Assembly (NCBI GenBank): GCA_963769425.1
Contig: CAVYLP010000006.1
Coordinates: 320,001-384,000, forward strand
Direction: 5' to 3'
From: Candidatus Bathyarchaeota archaeon
GTDB lineage: Archaea; Thermoproteota; Bathyarchaeia; TCS64
DNA length: 64,000 nucleotides
This document shows positions 28,715-38,499 of this stretch, piece after piece. The notes beneath the pieces were generated by a model. It was not told the origin of the DNA and searched no databases. It saw nothing but the letters and a program-made list of their open reading frames with translations. Both the position numbers and the translations under genes were made by a program. Position 1 is the stretch's first letter. Each line of letters opens with the position of its first letter.

Positions 28715-29974
28715 ATGAGACTGAGGGACGTCATCAAGGGGAATGTCCTCGTCCTCACGGTGAGTAGCGTTCTCTGGAGTGTCTCGGATACAATCACCTA
28801 CGCCTATCTGAGCCTCTACATTCTCTCCCTGGGCGGGGACTACATCACCATCGGGGTCGTCAATTCCGTGGCGGCCATCTCCGCCATCGTCCTCTATCCA
28901 GTCGGCGGCTACATCGCGGATAAAGCTGGGAGGGCGAAACTCATCGGGCTGTCGACCCTCCTCTACACGTCGAGCTACGCCCTCTTCGCCATCGCGACCA
29001 CTTGGCAGATCGTGGCATTCGCGATGGTCTACCAGCAGGTCGTCCTCTTCTACATGCCGGCAATAAACGCGCTGATGGCGGACTCGATACCCGTGGGCTC
29101 CAGGGGTAGGATGTACGCGCTCACCGTCGGGTTCCCCGAGGCGGTCAGGGTCGTCACCCCCTACCTCGGCGGCTACCTGATCGCCGTCCTCACACTCCAG
29201 CCGGCGATGCGCGTCGGCTACACCATCGGTTTCGCCCTCGGCTGGGTGGTCACCTTCATCAGGCTCCGCTACCTAAAAGAGACGCTCAACACGAATGAGC
29301 CGATCGGGAGGGACCTCCCGAAGATATTCAAGGAGTCGTACAAGGGGGCCTTCTCCTCCATCCGCTGGATGTTCAAGAACATAAAGGGATTCGTCGCCGT
29401 CGCGATAATCATCGCCTTCACCGGCAACTTCGTGATGCCGTTCTGGATTGTCTACGCGCAGCAGGTTAAAGGACTGACGCCGTACGAGTGGGGCATCATC
29501 CTCCTCCTCTCGGGCGTCACTAGGGCGATAAGCAGCCTCCTCATCGGCGGCCTCATCGACAGGATCGGGGCAAAGAGGTGCATGCTCATCGGCTTCGCTC
29601 TCACGATCCCGAGCCTCATACTCTTCGTCAACGCCAACGGCTTCCTCCAGATGACCCCCGTCTACCTAGTGCTCGTCCTCGGTAGCACCTTCTCGTGGAT
29701 TGCCTCCTCGGTGCTCCTAGCTGACATAATCCCGAAGCCACTCAGGGGCAGGATCATGTCGGGGATAGGGCAGGGGCTCGGCCTCGGCGTCTCTGGGGGC
29801 GGCTACGCGAGCGGCTTCCTCCTCTTCATCCCCCTGAGCCTAGGCGCCCTCGTCGCGGGGTACATCTTCGCCTACAACGCCGCGTTGCCCTGGATACTCC
29901 TCTCAGGGTTCCTCGCCGTCGCGATGGTGATAACGATCCTCTTCGTGAGGGAGCCGCCGAAGGCCGAAGACTAG
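28715..29974 (+). CDS. MFS transporter
   Basis: GGYIADKAGR and GGLIDRIGAKR motif A in both halves. Confidence 0.9.
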   Translation: MRLRDVIKGNVLVLTVSSVLWSVSDTITYAYLSLYILSLGGDYITIGVVNSVAAISAIVLYPVGGYIADKAGRAKLIGLSTLLYTSSYALFAIATTWQIVAFAMVYQQVVLFYMPAINALMADSIPVGSRGRMYALTVGFPEAVRVVTPYLGGYLIAVLTLQPAMRVGYTIGFALGWVVTFIRLRYLKETLNTNEPIGRDLPKIFKESYKGAFSSIRWMFKNIKGFVAVAIIIAFTGNFVMPFWIVYAQQVKGLTPYEWGIILLLSGVTRAISSLLIGGLIDRIGAKRCMLIGFALTIPSLILFVNANGFLQMTPVYLVLVLGSTFSWIASSVLLADIIPKPLRGRIMSGIGQGLGLGVSGGGYASGFLLFIPLSLGALVAGYIFAYNAALPWILLSGFLAVAMVITILFVREPPKAED

Positions 29975-30025
29975 CCTAGGTAAGGTAATTATCCGCCCCT
30001 TCCGCGCGAAGACTCGGGGACTTGC

Positions 30026-31030
30026 TTGAGGGCGGCTGTACTGCACGGTATCGGGGACATGAGGGTCGAGGACGTTGATGACCCCGAGGTCGAGGGCGGG
30101 GACGTCCTAATAGGGGTGAGGGCGGCGAGCGTCTGCGGGACGGACGTCCATTTCTACGGGGGTCAGCTTGAGTCCGAGCCGCCGATGATACTCGGCCATG
30201 ACTTCTCGGGGGTCGTCGAGCGGGTGGGGGACAGGGTTGATGAGTTCTCCCCGGGGGAGAGTGTGATTGCCGAGATAGCGAGGTACGATGGCACCTGCCA
30301 TTTCTGCAAAACAGGCAGGTACCACCTCTGCGTCAACTCCAACTATTTGGGGTTCGGCGCCGACGGTGCCTTCGCGGAATACGTCTCTGCCCCAGCCAAG
30401 AATGTGTTCATGATCCCCAAGGGGGTCACACTCGACGAGGCAGCGATTATGGAGCCCGTGACGGTGGCACTCCACACGGCGGAGTTGCTGGAGTTGGAGA
30501 AAGGTGAGTCCGTCGCCGTCTTCGGGGCAGGCCCCATCGGGCTCGCCGTCGCTCAGGTTGCGAATCTGAGGGGCGCGAGGGTAATAGTAGTTGAGCCAAA
30601 GCCGCAGAGGCGGGATCTCGCAGTTACGCTCGGGTTCAGCACAGTAATGGACCCCAGCAAGGGAGACCTCAAGACTGCCATGGAGAAACTGACGGAGGGG
30701 CTGGGCCCAGAGTGCGCCGTGGAGGCCGTAGGGAGTCAGGAGACGGTCGACCTCGCGGGGGAGGTAATCAGGAGCGGTGGCAGGGTTGCCCTCATCGGTG
30801 CGGAGCAGGGACTCCACGGCCCACCTATCAGGTACGACGACGTGACCATCCGCACGGTTATGGATGGTGGATCGGGAAACTACCCCAAGGCGCTGGCACT
30901 CATCGCCGAGGGAAAAGTCGATGTGAAAAGCATGATAACCCACCGAATCGGGCTCGACGAGCTCCCCGAGATGATGGAGAAGCTCTCACGGGGGAGCCTA
31001 GATGCGGTGAAGGTAATCGTAAGGCCCTGA
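30026..31030 (+). CDS. Zn-dependent medium-chain dehydrogenase (threonine/sorbitol DH-like)
   Basis: VCGTD, LGHDFSG, DGTCHFC...HLC and GAGPIG. Confidence 0.92.
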   Translation: MRAAVLHGIGDMRVEDVDDPEVEGGDVLIGVRAASVCGTDVHFYGGQLESEPPMILGHDFSGVVERVGDRVDEFSPGESVIAEIARYDGTCHFCKTGRYHLCVNSNYLGFGADGAFAEYVSAPAKNVFMIPKGVTLDEAAIMEPVTVALHTAELLELEKGESVAVFGAGPIGLAVAQVANLRGARVIVVEPKPQRRDLAVTLGFSTVMDPSKGDLKTAMEKLTEGLGPECAVEAVGSQETVDLAGEVIRSGGRVALIGAEQGLHGPPIRYDDVTIRTVMDGGSGNYPKALALIAEGKVDVKSMITHRIGLDELPEMMEKLSRGSLDAVKVIVRP

Positions 31031-31115
31031 CAACGCATGAGCTCACCACCTCTTGGGCGGTCGGGATGCTTTTTAAGGCTGGCAACTCGAATCTAACAGA
31101 ACACAGGGATCAGCC

Positions 31116-32606
31116 TTGGACTTCGACATCGAACGGTACACCCCAATGCCAGTCGCCTACGAGCTCCGCTACATTATGCTGAAGAAGCTCAAGGAGGGCG
31201 AGGACCCACTACCAGACATCGAGGGCAGAGAGGGGACGAAGGCGGATGTCATCCGGGCCGTCCTGAGCAATAGCTACCCTTACCTCGTCAGTAGGGAGGG
31301 CACGGGGAAGACGCGCCTAGCGGAGAGCCTCGCCAAGCTACTCCCACCGGTCCCCAAGATCAAGGGCTGTCCCTACAACTGCGACCCCAAGTGGCCCGAG
31401 GAGTGGAAGTGCCCCAGCTGCCAGGGCGAAGAGGAGCCGGAGATCGAGATCATCTCGGGCATCCAGCGCTATAGTAGAATTCAGGGTAACGAGTACACGA
31501 ACGAGGCTAAGATACTCGGTGTGAAGGACATACAGGCCATTGTGCAGGGGGAGAGTCCCACCGATCCACGCGCCTTCATCGGCACGGGCGTACTTCGTGG
31601 CAACCGCGGCGTCGTCTGCGTCGACGAGCTACCCGCCATACCCACAAAGGTGCAGGTCTTATTCCACCCGATGCTCCAAGAGGGCAAGATCGTACTCGAG
31701 GAGTACAACTGGGTCCGCCCAATCGACATCTTCTTCGTCGCCACCGGCAACCCAACCGGCTTCAGCCACGTCAACAGGGTCCCCGAGCCGCTGCTCGACC
31801 GCTTAGAGCTCATCCCCATGGCCCTCCCTGAAGAGGACGTGGAGAGGGAGATAATGCTCAAGGAGGGCTTCAAGGTCCGCGATGAGTTCTTCCTCGACAA
31901 GACGAGGAGAATAACTGAGGAACCCATCTACGCGAAGCCGGAGGACCTGCGCCGACGCGCCTCCGCCCCGTGGTGGATCGTGGACGCCGTCGAGAAAACC
32001 GTCCGCTTCACACGCGACTGCCCTAACATCGACAGGGGCAGCAGCATCCGCGGCACGATAAAGAGCCTAGATCACACCCTTAGCTCAACGGAGCGTGCCG
32101 GTAAGAGCGTCGCCGGCCTCAGGGAGGCGTCCGACGGTCTCAAGCTAGCCCTCAGGGGCAGGATCAGGCTTCGCGCCGACCTGGTCGGCTTCGACGACAG
32201 CCCAGCCGCCTTCATGGTGAAGTACGATGAGGTAGTCGAGGACGTCCTCTGGTACGCGGCACGTGACGTCGGCGTCGCCATCCTTAAGGGCGTCGACGTC
32301 GACCCGCGCCAACTCGCCGGTGAACTCAACGCCCTGCTAACCGGTGGCGATATAATAGAAGACCTTCAGGACCACGAGGCCGCGTACCTCGTCGTCCGAT
32401 TCATGGAGGAGAACCAGCCCTGGGAGAGCCCCAGCCTCGTCAGCGACTTAGGCGACCTCATCAGGGACAGCCCCGAGGCCGTGGACGCTGACACGCTCCG
32501 CGAGTACAGGGGGAGCGCCCTCGAACTACTCGCCCACGCCCTCACAGCGGGTAAGTTAGTCGAAGCCAAGATAGAGAACACCTACGCCCCGAAGCGGATG
32601 GAGTAG
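31116..32606 (+). CDS. AAA+ ATPase, Mg-chelatase ChlI/MoxR-like
   Basis: Walker A REGTGKT, GCPYNCDP, Walker B VCVDE, and PLLDR. Confidence 0.88.
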   Translation: MDFDIERYTPMPVAYELRYIMLKKLKEGEDPLPDIEGREGTKADVIRAVLSNSYPYLVSREGTGKTRLAESLAKLLPPVPKIKGCPYNCDPKWPEEWKCPSCQGEEEPEIEIISGIQRYSRIQGNEYTNEAKILGVKDIQAIVQGESPTDPRAFIGTGVLRGNRGVVCVDELPAIPTKVQVLFHPMLQEGKIVLEEYNWVRPIDIFFVATGNPTGFSHVNRVPEPLLDRLELIPMALPEEDVEREIMLKEGFKVRDEFFLDKTRRITEEPIYAKPEDLRRRASAPWWIVDAVEKTVRFTRDCPNIDRGSSIRGTIKSLDHTLSSTERAGKSVAGLREASDGLKLALRGRIRLRADLVGFDDSPAAFMVKYDEVVEDVLWYAARDVGVAILKGVDVDPRQLAGELNALLTGGDIIEDLQDHEAAYLVVRFMEENQPWESPSLVSDLGDLIRDSPEAVDADTLREYRGSALELLAHALTAGKLVEAKIENTYAPKRME

Positions 32607-32608
32607 CC

Positions 32609-33844
32609 GTGCAGACCCCCAACCCCTGCAGCGACATCATGGATAACACCCTGGACTTACTGAGGGACGCCGCGAAGATGCAGATGGGGAAGGGCCTAGA
32701 CCAAGACTCCCAGATGATGGAGAAGGTCAGAAAGAAGACTGAGAAGCGCCTCCAAGCCAACGAGAAGAGGCGAGAGAAACTGAAGGAGAAGCTTGAGCAG
32801 CTGAAGGCCCAGATGATGATGAAGGCCGTCGAGAAGCTTCTCGAGGGGGAGTCGGAGGAGGAGGTACTTCAGGAGCTTGAGCTCACGGGAGAGATGGATG
32901 GGCTGGAGGAGCAGATCGAGGAGCTAGACTCGGAGCCACACGCGGTGAGTCAAGAGGACTTCGAAGAGGCGCTCCGAGACCTCGAGCAGAAGGGGCTACT
33001 AGACGGCAGGGGTAAGGGGGTCATCCTCACGAGCAAGGGTGCCCAGCTACTAGGCAGAGGCTTCCTCAGCCGCATCCTCATGAACCTCGCCCGGAAGGGG
33101 CTCGGCACCCACAGGGTCGAGGACATCGGCCACGGCCCCTGGCTCGCTGCCACCTACCGCCCCTATGAACCTGGTGACCCATACGACCGCATCAACATTG
33201 AGCGCACCCTCATGGCCGCCATCGAGAGGGGTGGCGGATTCAGCGAGATGAAGATGAGCGACTTCCGCATACACGAGAGCCGCCACGCAACGGAGGTCCA
33301 CTTCGGCGTCCTCGTCGACCAGAGCGCCTCAATGAAGAAGAAGGGAAAGATGGAGGCAGCCGTCGAGACGGCACTCGCCCTGAGCGAGTTAATGCGCTTG
33401 GAGTTCCCGGAGGACAAGCTGCGAATCTATGCCTTCAGCGAGGAGACGAAGATGGTTGAGCCTTACGAGCTCCCGGGCGTCGCCGTCCCCCAGCAGTTCA
33501 CCGACATACGCAGGCCGCTACGCGCCTTCCGCCTAGCGGTGGCAATGGAGCCGGGCAACAAGCAAGCCCATCTCATCACGGACTCAGCCCCCAACTTCCT
33601 CGATGGCGAGTTCGTAGGCTTCAAGAAGGCTATGGAGGCAGTTGTCGAGGAGGCCCGCCTCTACCGCTTACACGACATACTCCTAAACGTAGTAATGCTC
33701 GACGACGACCCCGAGCTTCACGAGATGGCGAAGAGGATAGCCCAGGTGAATAACGGGCGCGTCTTCTTCGCTGACCCCAAGAACCTCGGTGAGGCGCTTG
33801 TGGAGGACTATCTGTGGTCGAAGAAAGAGATCCTCAGCCTCTAA
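32609..33844 (+). CDS. VWA domain protein with N-terminal coiled coil (partner of the AAA+ ATPase)
   Basis: MIDAS LVDQSASM, TDIRRPL and LITDSAPN. Confidence 0.88.
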   Translation: MQTPNPCSDIMDNTLDLLRDAAKMQMGKGLDQDSQMMEKVRKKTEKRLQANEKRREKLKEKLEQLKAQMMMKAVEKLLEGESEEEVLQELELTGEMDGLEEQIEELDSEPHAVSQEDFEEALRDLEQKGLLDGRGKGVILTSKGAQLLGRGFLSRILMNLARKGLGTHRVEDIGHGPWLAATYRPYEPGDPYDRINIERTLMAAIERGGGFSEMKMSDFRIHESRHATEVHFGVLVDQSASMKKKGKMEAAVETALALSELMRLEFPEDKLRIYAFSEETKMVEPYELPGVAVPQQFTDIRRPLRAFRLAVAMEPGNKQAHLITDSAPNFLDGEFVGFKKAMEAVVEEARLYRLHDILLNVVMLDDDPELHEMAKRIAQVNNGRVFFADPKNLGEALVEDYLWSKKEILSL

Positions 33845-34012
33845 TGGGAACGATGAGGCTGGGGCTCTAAAAAATTGAGGTTGGGAGTGTATCAAGAAGC
33901 TTAAGATTAGTCAATTAGTCTGGACACCACCTCCCCACGTATGTTTGCCCGGGGAGCGGCGCCTTAAATGGGTTTGTGGATAACAGATACCTGTTATTCC
34001 GGTGACTGACCG

Positions 34013-34492
34013 CTACTTCCTGAACCTAGCCTCGACGAGGTTTGTGATGTCGATGTCTTCTCCCACAGAGTATAGCCAGAGTGGCACTGAGGTTGGGCCC
34101 ACGTGCTTGAAACGGGAGGTAACCTTTCTTACGACGCCCTGGTAGTTGTTTGACTTGTCGAGGCCATCGAGCCAAGCGGTGACGCTCCCATTCTCTTTAA
34201 CGATCCTCTCGAACTCTCGGGCGTTGTGGATTGTTGCGAGGATCTTATTGCGGTTCCTGATTATGCTCGCGTCCCCCATTAGGCGGGTGATATCTTTGGA
34301 CCCGTAATCGGCTACCTTTGTGATCTCGAAGCCTTCGAAAGCTGTCTTGAATGCGAGCCATTTCTCCGCGATAGTAGCCCAGTTCAACCCAGACTGGAAG
34401 ACGCAGCGGCTCAAGTTCTCGAAGTAGGCGGAGTCGCTCGGGGGTCTCCTCCCCCGGTACATCCAGCTAGTGTAGACTGACTCGTTCCCCAT
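34013..34492 (-). CDS. tag: DNA-3-methyladenine glycosylase I-like
   Basis: FQSGLNW, IIRNRNKILATIHNA and FKHVGPT. Confidence 0.85.
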   Translation of the reverse strand: MGNESVYTSWMYRGRRPPSDSAYFENLSRCVFQSGLNWATIAEKWLAFKTAFEGFEITKVADYGSKDITRLMGDASIIRNRNKILATIHNAREFERIVKENGSVTAWLDGLDKSNNYQGVVRKVTSRFKHVGPTSVPLWLYSVGEDIDITNLVEARFRK

Positions 34493-34524
34493 GAGGTGCT
34501 ATAGAAATCTGGACCGTTTGAGGT

Positions 34525-35157
34525 TTATGGCTTCATGTATGCCCTGGTAATGACGATGTCATTGACAGGCCAGTTTTCGAATGGGTATGGGCCATAGCCG
34601 GGTATTGTTACATTTCTCGTATATGTTTGCACTTTTCCAATTTGATTGATGACATCCATGCCGGATATTACTTTCCCGAATACAGCATATCCAGGGTTTG
34701 TAGATGAGTAGTCGAGGTTTGGATTGTCAACGAGATTGATAAAGAACTCACTCGTGGCGCTATCCACCTCGTTCGTCCGCGCCATAGCTATGGTTCCTAT
34801 GACATTTTTCAACCCGTTATTTGACTCAAGCTTGATCGGGGCGTTGGTCGTCTTCTCGGTACCATTAACACTGAAGCCTCCTCCCTGAATGACGAAGCCT
34901 GACTCTACCCTGTGAATTAGGGTGTCGTTGTAGAAACCAGCGTTGACATAAGTTACGAAATTGTTGACGGTTATAGGGGCGTGCTGACTGTCAAGTTGTA
35001 TCTCTATTTTGCCCATAGATGTTTCTAGAACTACTATCTCATTAGGTTGCCCACCCGGAGATCCACCAAGAATGAACTGTGAAAAGGCAACAAGTCCCGA
35101 GGTTATCAAGACCACTATCACGGCGATCGATATCACCGCCTTTCGATTGAACTTCAT
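34525..35157 (-). CDS. Cyclophilin-type peptidyl-prolyl isomerase with N-terminal membrane anchor
   Basis: HRVESGFVIQGGG, GTIAMART, SEFFINL and YAVFGKV. Confidence 0.93.
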   Translation of the reverse strand: MKFNRKAVISIAVIVVLITSGLVAFSQFILGGSPGGQPNEIVVLETSMGKIEIQLDSQHAPITVNNFVTYVNAGFYNDTLIHRVESGFVIQGGGFSVNGTEKTTNAPIKLESNNGLKNVIGTIAMARTNEVDSATSEFFINLVDNPNLDYSSTNPGYAVFGKVISGMDVINQIGKVQTYTRNVTIPGYGPYPFENWPVNDIVITRAYMKP

Positions 35158-35207
35158 GAATCAGGAGAACTCCGGCGAGCCTCTAAAAGGTTTGTTCCCC
35201 CGTGAGG

Positions 35208-35762
35208 CTAGGTGAGCATACCCAATAGGTCCGCTTTCGTCACGATGCCGACGATCCCGCCCTTCCGCTGTACCAGGACGGCGGGGTAGAATTTGAGGAG
35301 GTTAGTTAGTAGGCTGACTGGGGCGTCCTCGCCAACTTGGGGGAAGGGCTCATCCATGATCTCGGAGACGGTCTTCGCCTGGCTTTCGTTCTTCTTCGCG
35401 GCGAGCATGTGGTCGAGGAGAGTCCCCTCGCTTATGCTCCCCACGGAGTGCTCACCGTCCATAACGGGGAGTTGGCTGAAACCATTCCTCCTCATCACCT
35501 CGATTGCGTCCGAGATCGTGGTCACCTTCTGGATGCCCACCACGGAGCGGTTCATAATCTGCCCTGCCGAGACCTGCTTCTCCTGCTCGAGCCTGTCGAG
35601 GGCCTCAAAAAGGGCCTTCACCTTCGTGTAGCTCGGCTCGATGTTACCGGCTTCGAGCTTCGCTATGTAGCTCTGGCTCACCCCAGCGAGCTCAGCGAGC
35701 TGGCTTTGGGTTAAGCCGAGCTTCCGCCTCCGTTCGGGGATTATCTCAAGCGCGGGTAGCAT
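35208..35762 (-). CDS. HTH (Xre) plus CBS-pair transcriptional regulator
   Basis: RRKLGLTQSQLAELAGVSQSYIAKLE, GFSQLPV and GIVTKADLL; start MLPALE. Confidence 0.92.
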   Translation of the reverse strand: MLPALEIIPERRRKLGLTQSQLAELAGVSQSYIAKLEAGNIEPSYTKVKALFEALDRLEQEKQVSAGQIMNRSVVGIQKVTTISDAIEVMRRNGFSQLPVMDGEHSVGSISEGTLLDHMLAAKKNESQAKTVSEIMDEPFPQVGEDAPVSLLTNLLKFYPAVLVQRKGGIVGIVTKADLLGMLT

Positions 35763-35799
35763 GGGGGGATACGGGAGCGGGTTGGGGATATATTCTTTT

Positions 35800-37230
35800 C
35801 TGAATACTGGGGGGCGTTGTTTATTCAGGGAGGGATTTGCAGACCAAACGGAAGAGCCCCCGATCGCCGAGCCTCCGCCGCTAAAGGACGAGAATAAAGG
35901 CTCCCAAACAATAAAACTGCTCAAAATAAGCTGAAGCGTGGCAGCGGCGAAGTACCTCCTCCCTACGCGCACTGCTTTGTTCCTAAATTGATAAAAGATG
36001 GTTAAAAACGGTCCTAAACACCATTATGCCAAATAAGGCACCAAACGAACCCTTTCTACATCGAGAACCTGAACCACCTAAGAGACGGCAAAATCAGCGA
36101 GGTACTTTAAAAATCGGTTCCCTTTGCCTTCACCCGCATTACATAGGCCGCCTCCTTCACAATCTCAGGGCATCCGACATGAGGCACAGAGGAAACACCG
36201 GTAACAATGGCTCGGAAGCCTCCGAACCAAATAAATGACACTAGCTCACCGAACCAGGGCTGATGCTTGAAAGACAAGTACCCTTTTTATGCCATACTAA
36301 GAAAGCTATTTAGAAAATACCCCCACAACGAGGTCTATTACCAGGTTGCATTCTCCTCCACATATTCAGCTATATATAGCGACGTCATCGGGGACGCGTC
36401 GCCGGAACCATCTGAAACATGTTAAAAAACGTTGAATATCCATTGAAAACCGTTGCATTCCGGGGGCCTTCAATATCCATTGAAGGGCTTGGATCGCGGT
36501 TCATTGAACGATGTGAATAGAGGCGGGTTGAGTGGATTGTCATTCAGTCGAAGGCGTAACCCGGTTTGGATGCGTTTAGTCATCGGTGTGAAGGGTGTCC
36601 CGTGGAAACACCTTATTAGTGGTTACCACTTACAGGAAACATCATAGCAAGAGGGTTGGCGAGGGGTAAACTCGGGGAAGGCATTCAGTTGATCTTCTCA
36701 GCCCAGAAGATGGAGTTCGTCTACTTGTTCCAGGGAATTCGGCCGGATCCTGGCCGCCGTCGAGCTCTCCCGATACACGCTCGCCGCCTCGGATCGCTTG
36801 AGGAGCGGGGGATGATGACGGGGAGAAGGCGGCCCGTGTGGGGGCGTGAGGGGGGCCTGGGTTCGTCTGCTTGGTCGTTGTTGGCTTGGTTGGGGTGTCT
36901 GGGTTGTTTCCGGGTTCGTCGGCGGGTGTGGTTTCGACGAGTTTCGAGGAGTTGAGTCGGGTCTGCGGGTTTTGAAGGGGTGGCTTCTGCGTGGGGGTGG
37001 GGTGGGTCCGTGTAGTGGCTGGGTTTGTCCCCGGATTCGGTGTTGGGGTTATGACGGTTTGAAACCGGTATTATTCAATAAAAGGACAAGGCCGCACGCA
37101 GCAAATCAAAAGACACATATCAATCAGTTCGCCAAGCCTAAGAATGGTGGAACAGGCACACCAAATATTCATCTAGGAATATCCATAGTCAATAATACCT
37201 AAATATAGGAATAACCCCACTAAGGCATCC
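35800..37230. other. About 1.4 kb gene-free region with palindromes, ORB-like motifs and strand-composition switches
   Basis: No credible ORF; GGAAAC motifs, AATATCCATTGAA twice, GCTATATATAGC palindrome; A/C-rich then G/T-rich segments. Confidence 0.55.
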
Positions 37231-37245
37231 ACGAATCGGAGGAAA

Positions 37246-37632
37246 CTAAAACTCATAAACATCAAGGATTGGGGCACCTTCACTGAGGTCGGTGAAGGCT
37301 ATGGATTCCACAAGGATGGCCGATTCTACTCCATCCTAGAGACCAAGAAAGGCGCATACAGGGGCAATCACAAGCACCCCTACAACCAGTACACCCTGCT
37401 CATATCGGGCAAGGGCAAGTACGTCAGATACGATGACTCGATAACAGAGATACCCCTCGTCAGGGGGGAGATATTGAAGGTTGAGGCGGGAATCCCACAC
37501 GTCATGGTGCCCGAAGAGGACTGCCTCGCATTCGAATGGTGGGACGGCGACTTCGTCGACAACGAGTGCCAACCAGTCTTCGGCGAATACGTCGACGAGA
37601 GGATAGGGCCTGACAAGCTCAGGAAAAGGTGA
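37246..37632 (+). CDS. Cupin-domain protein (absent from ORF track; no ATG/GTG/TTG start)
   Basis: LKLINIKDWG...RGNHKHPYNQYTLLISGKG...LKVEAGIPHVM...DKLRKR*; GGAGG just upstream; stop overlaps the GTG of metF. Confidence 0.8.
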   Translation, partial: LKLINIKDWGTFTEVGEGYGFHKDGRFYSILETKKGAYRGNHKHPYNQYTLLISGKGKYVRYDDSITEIPLVRGEILKVEAGIPHVMVPEEDCLAFEWWDGDFVDNECQPVFGEYVDERIGPDKLRKR

Positions 37633-38499
37633 TAGCAACTCTTCGAGAAGCGATTTCCCCTGACCTACGAGCTCCTACCCCCTAGAGGCTGCGTGACCAA
37701 CGGATTCGACGCCGTCGCGCCGATAGCTGACAAGCTTGACGCGGTCACAGTCACAGATAACCCCATGGCCACCCTCCGCGCCAGCAGCATCGCCTACGGC
37801 TCAAGAGCCAGGGACAGCCTACACATCGACGTCATCCCCAACCTAAGCTGCAGGGACAGAAACCTACTCGCCCTACAGTCGGAGATCATAGGCGCCGATA
37901 TGCTCGGCCACCACAACCTCTTCATAATCACAGGCGACGCCCCCCGTGACAGGAAGGGCTTCAAGCCCGTCTGGGAGGTTAACAGCATAGAGCTCTGCGG
38001 CATCGTAAAGGGTCTCAACGACGGCACCGCAAATGTCCACGGCTCGGAGCAGGTCATCAACGGGAGCACACGATTCACGGTCGGGGGAGCCCTCGTATTC
38101 GACCGCCCAAACGAGCAGGACACCATCAGGAAGAAGGTCGACGCCGGGTTCGACTACTTCATAAGCCAGATCAGTTTCGACGCCGAGGAGGCGGAAGACT
38201 TCTTCGCCGAGGCCGAGGAGAGGGGCGACAGGGTGGACAGACACGTGCAGATCGGCCTCGCCCCAACATCCACCCCGAGGCGACTTCGCACCGTCTCACA
38301 GATGCCCGGCATAAAGATCAGGGATACAACTCTAGAGAAACTGGAGAAGAGCCCCGATTTTGTCGAGGGCGTCGTCACCCACCTCGCCGAGGTAGTAGAC
38401 GACTTAAAGTCAAGCCTCTCAACCTACAGCATAGGCTTCCACCTAATGCCAATAGGCAGCGACGAGGCGACACACAGGCTAGTGGAGGAAATGACATGA
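37629..38499 (+). CDS. metF: Methylenetetrahydrofolate reductase (MetF family); indel just after the start
   Basis: LTYELLPPRG, VTDNP, LSCRDRNLLALQS, ITGD and KKVDAGFDYFISQ. Confidence 0.9.

Noticed and set aside
36026-37202. Short ORFs in the large intergenic region
   Set aside because: They have low-complexity, composition-driven translations (G/W/R/V-rich) with no family motifs.
37633-37635. In-frame TAG before metF as a pyrrolysine readthrough
   Set aside because: It is better explained by one inserted base in GTG-ATG-CAA; no pyl genes are seen.
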